Both the position numbers and the translations under genes were made by a program. DNA of 11,005 nt, taken from contig JAYUGC010000132.1 of NCBI GenBank assembly GCA_043767805.1, forward strand, positions 1 to 11,005. The letters run 5' to 3'. The notes under the pieces are model-generated. The model saw only the letters and a list, made by a program, of their open reading frames with translations. It did not search any database and was not told the origin of the DNA. Shown piece by piece: positions 6,035 to 11,005 of this stretch (position 1 is the first letter of the stretch; every line of letters starts with the position of its first letter). Origin of the DNA: Pseudomonadota bacterium (GTDB taxonomy: Bacteria; Bdellovibrionota; FAC87; UBA2466).

Positions 6035-6859
6035 CTAATTATACCGGGAAAGGAACTGAACGAGCTTTCTTGGATAATCGGTGATGAGCCCATCGATTCC
6101 CCAGTGCACGAGCCTCTCCCAGTGGGTCTCCAAATTGACGGTCCACGGCACGACGGCCAGGCCTTCGCTATGGCACGCGGCGACGATTTCGGGATCGAGC
6201 AGGCGAAAACGAGGTCCGACCATGTCGACCTGAAGGCGTTTGGCCACCGCGAGCCAGCGCACGCCCCGATCCACGAGAAGGCTCACCTTTTCTTTCGGCG
6301 CGGCCCGGCGTAGCGCCCCTACCATGTCGATATTAAAGGATTGCAGCTGAATGCGGCCCTCGAGGCCCGCCGCCCGGGTCATTTTCACGACCTTTTCGGC
6401 GAACTCTTCGGCGTCGGGCCGAAGCGCTTTCGGCTCGCCGCCCGTCTTGATTTCGATGTTGAGACCTACCGCGGGAGATTGCGCGGCGGCCCAATCGCAA
6501 ATGGCGTCGAGCCGTGAAATTCGTTCGCCCTGGACTGCCTTCCAATCGGGAAACTTTCGCGGAGCTACTAAGCCCACTTCGTACTTGAGAAGCTCTTCGA
6601 AAGTGAGCCGGCGGACCGCGATCCTCTTTTTCAGTTTCTTGCCCAAGCCGTCGCGACAAACGCGCGCGGAGACCATGGCATCGTGAAACACGACGGGAAT
6701 GCCGTCAGAGCTCAGCTGAACGTCGAGCTCGACGAGATCCGCTCCCGCCCGGTAGCCTTCTTGAAAAGACGCGAGCGTATTTTCCGGATGACTGGACGCG
6801 GAGCCCCGATGGCCGTGCACCCAAATGCGATGGCGGCGCGTGAGCCCGCCATAAATCAA
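6035..6859 (-). CDS. Glycerophosphodiester phosphodiesterase (GDPD, UgpQ-like)
   Basis: GHRG..PENTLASF, VELDVQLSSDGIPVVFHD, LNIEIK, LQSFN, PWTVN, GIDGLITDYP. The start is uncertain (TTG 6859 or ATG 6928). The 7144 start overlaps ugpB extensively and is unlikely. Confidence 0.93.
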   Translation of the reverse strand: MIYGGLTRRHRIWVHGHRGSASSHPENTLASFQEGYRAGADLVELDVQLSSDGIPVVFHDAMVSARVCRDGLGKKLKKRIAVRRLTFEELLKYEVGLVAPRKFPDWKAVQGERISRLDAICDWAAAQSPAVGLNIEIKTGGEPKALRPDAEEFAEKVVKMTRAAGLEGRIQLQSFNIDMVGALRRAAPKEKVSLLVDRGVRWLAVAKRLQVDMVGPRFRLLDPEIVAACHSEGLAVVPWTVNLETHWERLVHWGIDGLITDYPRKLVQFLSRYN

Positions 6860-6884
6860 TTCAAAGCGCGCGGGGACCGGCTTT

Positions 6885-8171
6885 TTAGGAGCGGCCGCGC
6901 GATCGGTTATACCTTTGAAGAGCCGCATCGGTCTTTTGCTTGGCCTCCGCCAGGGCCTGACTCGCAGTGCCCTTTCCCGAGAGAACTTGCTCGATGGCAT
7001 TTTCCACATGCTCGCGGGCTTCCTGAAAGACGCCCATGAGAGCGCCTTGGGTAGCCGTAAGAGCAGCCGACGAGCGGAGCTGATCGATGGCAGTCTTTGC
7101 CGCCGGGTTCTTCTTATAGAAACCCTCTTTTTCCAAAGCCGCAATCACATCCTTGCGAATGGGAAAGTAACCGGTGTTCGTATGCCAATATTTCTGGTTG
7201 TCGAAAGCGGCCATGAACTTCACGAAAGCATAGGAACCAGCCTCTTGCTCCGGCTTACCTTTCAAAATCCAGAGCGAGTTGCCCCCGATCACTGTGCCGC
7301 CGGCGATTTTCGGGTCCCGTTTCGGAAGAGACGCCGTGCCGACTTTGAAGCCGGCCTTGCGGCTGATCTCGAAAACGTCGCTTGTCGACGTAACGAGCAT
7401 GGCGGAGCGGCCCGACAAGAAATTCTGCTCCGCGGGCTCCCACCCGCGGCCCACGTTCGCAAACGTACCGGCCTTCACCATTTCCTGCCAAAGCTCGACG
7501 ACGGCGACGCCTTCAGGTTGCGTGTACAAAGCCTCGGTGGGCGCGGCGGTGCGGCCATTGCCCTGATTCACCAAGTCTTTTCCCTGCAAAGCCATGAGCT
7601 CTTCAAAGAACCAAGAATGCAGCGGCCAGGTGATACCGGTTACCTTGCCATCGCCGCTTGAGAGCTTTGCCGCCACGGCTTTTAACTCGGCAAAAGTAGT
7701 GGGAGGCTTTACGCCCGCTTTATTCAGTGCGTCCACGTTGTAATAGAGAATTGGGTTGGACGTCGCAAAGGGCAGCGAGTGCAGGCGTCCGTTCACTTCG
7801 TAGTATCGGCGAATCTCGGGCAAAATTTCCCCTAAGGGAAAGGACGCGTCTTTCGCGATAAAATCGGCGAGAGGCACGATGGCCCCGGAATCGATCATCA
7901 GCTTAGTGCCGATATCGAAGATCTGAATCATCTGTGGCCCGCGCTTGGCGAGTAGCGCCGTGCGGACTTTATTGAGCGCCTCGGGGTAAGTGCCGACGAA
8001 CTGCGCCTCGACCTTGAGCTTTCCGGCGTTTTCTTTATTGAACTTGTCGGCGAGAGTCGCGACGAGCTGCCCCTTCTCGCCGGTCATCGAGTGCCAGAAG
8101 CTGAGCTTGAGCTCCGCGCCGAAGGCCGGAAGAGCCGCGAGAATTGAGAACCAGAGAAGCGTGGTTTTCAT
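6885..8171 (-). CDS. ugpB: ABC transporter substrate-binding protein, sn-glycerol-3-phosphate/glycerophosphodiester type (UgpB-like)
   Basis: Sec signal MKTTLLWFSILAALPAFGA. Motifs FWHSMTG, SLPFATSNPILYYN, IGGNSLWIL, WHTNTGYFPI. RBS-like AGGGGTGA. Adjacent GDPD gene. Confidence 0.85.
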   Translation of the reverse strand: MKTTLLWFSILAALPAFGAELKLSFWHSMTGEKGQLVATLADKFNKENAGKLKVEAQFVGTYPEALNKVRTALLAKRGPQMIQIFDIGTKLMIDSGAIVPLADFIAKDASFPLGEILPEIRRYYEVNGRLHSLPFATSNPILYYNVDALNKAGVKPPTTFAELKAVAAKLSSGDGKVTGITWPLHSWFFEELMALQGKDLVNQGNGRTAAPTEALYTQPEGVAVVELWQEMVKAGTFANVGRGWEPAEQNFLSGRSAMLVTSTSDVFEISRKAGFKVGTASLPKRDPKIAGGTVIGGNSLWILKGKPEQEAGSYAFVKFMAAFDNQKYWHTNTGYFPIRKDVIAALEKEGFYKKNPAAKTAIDQLRSSAALTATQGALMGVFQEAREHVENAIEQVLSGKGTASQALAEAKQKTDAALQRYNRSRGRS

Positions 8172-8175
8172 ATGT

Positions 8176-9012
8176 TCACCCCTTTAGGCCGCTCATGGTG
8201 ATACCACGCACGAACTGGCGCTGGGTAGCGATGAATAAAAGCACGGACGGCGCGATTAGCGTCGCGGTGGCCGCCATTACGACGCCCCAGTTCACGGACT
8301 CGTTCTGAGATCGGAGCATACCGATGCCGATTTGCACCGTCTGCATTTCCGTCGACTGCGTCACGACTAAAGGCCAAAGGTACTGATTCCAAGCCGCGAC
8401 AAACGCATACACGGCAAACGCCAGGATGCCCGGCAAGGAAAGGGGCACGAGTATCTGGAACAGAAATCTCAGACGAGAAGCGCCATCCACGATGGCGGCC
8501 TCCTCCAGCTCTTTCGGCACGGTACGAAAGAACTGGTAAAGCAGAAAGACGCCGAATCCCGACGCGGAAAAAGGAAGAATCAGTCCGCGGTAAGTATTGA
8601 GCCAGTCTAAGCGGGACAAAGTGAAATAGTTGGGGATGATGGTGACTTCACCGGGAACCATCATCGTCGCCAAAATGACGACGAGAGCCGCCTTCTTACC
8701 CGGGAACTCGAGGCGCGCCAGCGCGTAGGCAGCGAGGATCGAGGTGAACACCTGAAGCAAGGTGATGCCGAGGGCGACCATCATGGAGTTGAAGAGAAAA
8801 CGAAAGAGCGGCGCCGCCTGCATGGCCGCCCGGTAGTTTTCGAAGTTAATGGATTTGGGAAGGATGACAGGCGGGTAGTGAATGACTTCACCCCCCACTT
8901 TGAAGGAGAGGCAGATCAGATAAAACACGGGAAATAGCTGAGCGAGCGCCGGTAAAAATAGAACGAGCGTCGCGATTCTCTTTCGGCGGAGCTCAATCGC
9001 TTTAACGCCCAT
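8176..9012 (-). CDS. ugpE: Carbohydrate (CUT1) ABC permease, UgpE-like
   Basis: Six hydrophobic segments, AAYALARLEFPGK, EAA loop VPKELEEAAIVDGAS, WNQYLWPLVV. Confidence 0.85.
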   Translation of the reverse strand: MGVKAIELRRKRIATLVLFLPALAQLFPVFYLICLSFKVGGEVIHYPPVILPKSINFENYRAAMQAAPLFRFLFNSMMVALGITLLQVFTSILAAYALARLEFPGKKAALVVILATMMVPGEVTIIPNYFTLSRLDWLNTYRGLILPFSASGFGVFLLYQFFRTVPKELEEAAIVDGASRLRFLFQILVPLSLPGILAFAVYAFVAAWNQYLWPLVVTQSTEMQTVQIGIGMLRSQNESVNWGVVMAATATLIAPSVLLFIATQRQFVRGITMSGLKG

Positions 9013-9874
9013 AATGCACCTTCCGGCGGGCGAACCAGAACTGAAGAGCGGTCACCGACATCAAGACCAGGAAAAGCACCACGGCCTGGGCGGAGGCATA
9101 CCCCGTCAGAAAATTATCGAACCCATCCCGGTAGAGGTTGTAGACGAGAATGTTAGTCGCGCCGGCCGGGCCTCCCCGAGTGAGAATGTGAATCTGGCCG
9201 AAGCTGTCGAAGGAGTGAATGATGGACACCACCACCACGAAGAAAAGCGTAGGCGAGAGGATCGGCAAAACCACGTGCCGAAAGCGTTGCCAGGCATTCG
9301 CCCCATCGATGGTCGCCGCCTCTTTGAGCTCGGGCGGAACGGAAGCTAGACCCGCCAAAAAGAAGATGACGTTGAAGCCGATCTCTTTCCAGACCGTCGC
9401 GACGGCCACCGCCGGTAACGCCCATTCGGGATCGACGAGCCAGTTTGGGCCGCTCACGCCGAGCAAGCTCAAGGCATAGTTCAAGTAACCAGCCGTCGGG
9501 TTATAGAGAAATATCCAAAGCATCGCCGCCATGGCGGAAGAGATCGAGACCGGCAGTAAAAAAACGGTGCGAAAAAAACCCTGGAAATAAGGGCTCGAGT
9601 CCAAGGCAACCGCCGCCGCCAAAGCGAGCAACACCGACGGAATCACCGTATAGACGGTAAACCAGAGAGAAACCCGGACGCTGCTCCAGTAATCGGCGGA
9701 CTGCCAAAGCTGCTGGTAGTTTTGGCGCCCCACCCAAGTCAAAGCACGGGAAAACGGATCGACGTCGTGAAAGCTCAGGTAAAGCGAATCGACGGCGGGA
9801 TACCCGATGAAGAGGGCGAGCACGAGAAGGGTCGGCATCAGACAGCCCCAGGCGAGCCCTCTCGAATGCTTCAC
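9002..9874 (-). CDS. ugpA: Carbohydrate (CUT1) ABC permease, UgpA-like
   Basis: Start reassigned to GTG 9874 (GTGA overlap with the ugpC stop). Motifs WVGRQNY, EAA loop [33 protein letters not shown]. Confidence 0.85.
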   Translation of the reverse strand: MKHSRGLAWGCLMPTLLVLALFIGYPAVDSLYLSFHDVDPFSRALTWVGRQNYQQLWQSADYWSSVRVSLWFTVYTVIPSVLLALAAAVALDSSPYFQGFFRTVFLLPVSISSAMAAMLWIFLYNPTAGYLNYALSLLGVSGPNWLVDPEWALPAVAVATVWKEIGFNVIFFLAGLASVPPELKEAATIDGANAWQRFRHVVLPILSPTLFFVVVVSIIHSFDSFGQIHILTRGGPAGATNILVYNLYRDGFDNFLTGYASAQAVVLFLVLMSVTALQFWFARRKVHYGR

Positions 9875-10893
9875 TCCCTCACCCGCTTGCCTTCTCCGTC
9901 GAAGAAAAAGAGCGCTTTGGGATCGGTGTAAAGCGAAAGCGTGGCCTCGAGCTTCGGCGCCTCGTCGGCGCGGCACTCGGCGACGAGAGAATGTACGCCA
10001 AGAAGCAGGTGCACGTGAGCGACCGTCCCGAGACGCTCGACCAAGATGACTTTCGCGTCTCCCAGGGAAAGCCCTCCGGACGTGTCGCCAAACAAGGTTT
10101 TCTCCGGCCGAAAGCCGACGACATTGGTTCTCGCGGGCGCGAGGCCTTTGGGAAAAGTGGGAGCCGGCAGGAAATTCATCGACGGCGTACCGATGAAAGA
10201 GGCGACAAACTGAGTGGCCGGATCGTGATACACCTCGAGCGGCGTGCCGACTTGCTCGAGACTTCCCTGGTACATGACGGCGATGCGATCGGCGAGGGTC
10301 ATCGCTTCGACTTGATCGTGGGTGACGTAAATGGTGGTGGCCTTCTGATTGCGATGCAAAAGGGAAATCTCTGAGCGCATTTTCACGCGGAGCTGGGCAT
10401 CGAGATTGGATAAGGGCTCGTCGAAAAGAAAGATGGACGGTCGGCGCACCATGGCGCGGCCCATGGCCACTCTCTGCTTTTGTCCGCCGGAGAGATTCCC
10501 CGGCTTTTTGGGCAGATTCTCCGTGAGTCCCAGCATCGCGGCGGCTTCTTCCACGCGGGCATCGATTTCAGCTTGAGGCATCTTGGAGAGCTTCAGCGCG
10601 AAGGCCAGGTTCTGCCGCACGGTCATGTGGGGATACAGAGCGTAGTTCTGAAACACCATGGCGACGTTACGCGCCTTGGGCGAGAGATCGTTGACGACTT
10701 TGCCGTCGATGGAGACGGTGCCTCCGCTGATATCCTCGAGTCCCGCCACCATGCGTAGTAAAGTGCTCTTGCCACAGCCTGAGGGGCCGACGAGCACCAT
10801 GAACTCGCCGGAACGGATATCCAGATCCAATTCCGGAATCACGACGAAGTTGCCGTATTGCTTCTTGGCTTTGCGGAGATCGACACTGGCCAT
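9871..10893 (-). CDS. ugpC: ABC transporter ATP-binding protein UgpC/MalK family
   Basis: Start reassigned to ATG 10893 (MASVDLRK), with GAGG upstream. Walker [47 protein letters not shown]. Confidence 0.92.
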   Translation of the reverse strand: MASVDLRKAKKQYGNFVVIPELDLDIRSGEFMVLVGPSGCGKSTLLRMVAGLEDISGGTVSIDGKVVNDLSPKARNVAMVFQNYALYPHMTVRQNLAFALKLSKMPQAEIDARVEEAAAMLGLTENLPKKPGNLSGGQKQRVAMGRAMVRRPSIFLFDEPLSNLDAQLRVKMRSEISLLHRNQKATTIYVTHDQVEAMTLADRIAVMYQGSLEQVGTPLEVYHDPATQFVASFIGTPSMNFLPAPTFPKGLAPARTNVVGFRPEKTLFGDTSGGLSLGDAKVILVERLGTVAHVHLLLGVHSLVAECRADEAPKLEATLSLYTDPKALFFFDGEGKRVRE

Positions 10894-10942
10894 CCCAAGA
10901 ACCTCAACACAATTGGGTAGCGCGGACAAGCCCGCCCAAAAG

Positions 10943-10971
10943 AGTTTACGGATTCTTTTTGCCGTATTCAA
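10943..10971 (-). promoter_or_regulatory. Candidate sigma70 promoter of the ugp operon
   Basis: Minus strand TTGAAT (10971-10966), 17-nt spacer, TAAACT (10948-10943), about 50 nt upstream of ATG 10893. Confidence 0.5.
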
Positions 10972-11005
10972 ACCTTTGGCGGAACATCGTCGAACAAACC
11001 ATGAG

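Noticed and set aside
6929..7144. Long N-terminal extension of GDPD
   Set aside because: Arg-rich off-frame read of the ugpB 3' end.
9875..9976. Extended start of the ugpA ORF
   Set aside because: It overlaps ugpC. The GTGA coupling at 9874-9871 gives a natural start.
11001..11005. ATG at the window edge as the start of a divergent plus-strand gene
   Set aside because: Only five bases are visible, so it cannot be supported.
1..11005. CRISPR arrays, tRNA/rRNA, transposases, integrases, defence systems
   Set aside because: No regularly spaced repeats, RNA-gene signatures or corresponding protein motifs were seen by eye.

Overview
GC-rich bacterial chromosomal segment. The protein styles suggest a Bdellovibrionota/deltaproteobacterial-type diderm, which is inference only. 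Left to right: 3' end of an MlaD/MCE-like gene (+); a convergent sigma54-dependent enhancer-binding protein (-) with a degenerate receiver domain and FleQ-like C-terminus, whose near-consensus sigma70 promoter is overlapped by a FleQ-box-like palindrome; a collapsed pseudogene region (CHASE2 sensor fragment, frameshifted TM helix, then the C-terminal tail of a probable outer-membrane beta-barrel); a membrane-anchored alpha/beta hydrolase (-); a divergent orphan Pal/OmpA lipoprotein (+) with a candidate sigma54 promoter; a four-arm repeat/terminator spacer; and a long minus-strand operon ugpC-ugpA-ugpE-ugpB-GDPD extended by an unknown lipoprotein and a SAM methyltransferase. No RNA genes, CRISPR arrays or mobile-element genes were recognised.
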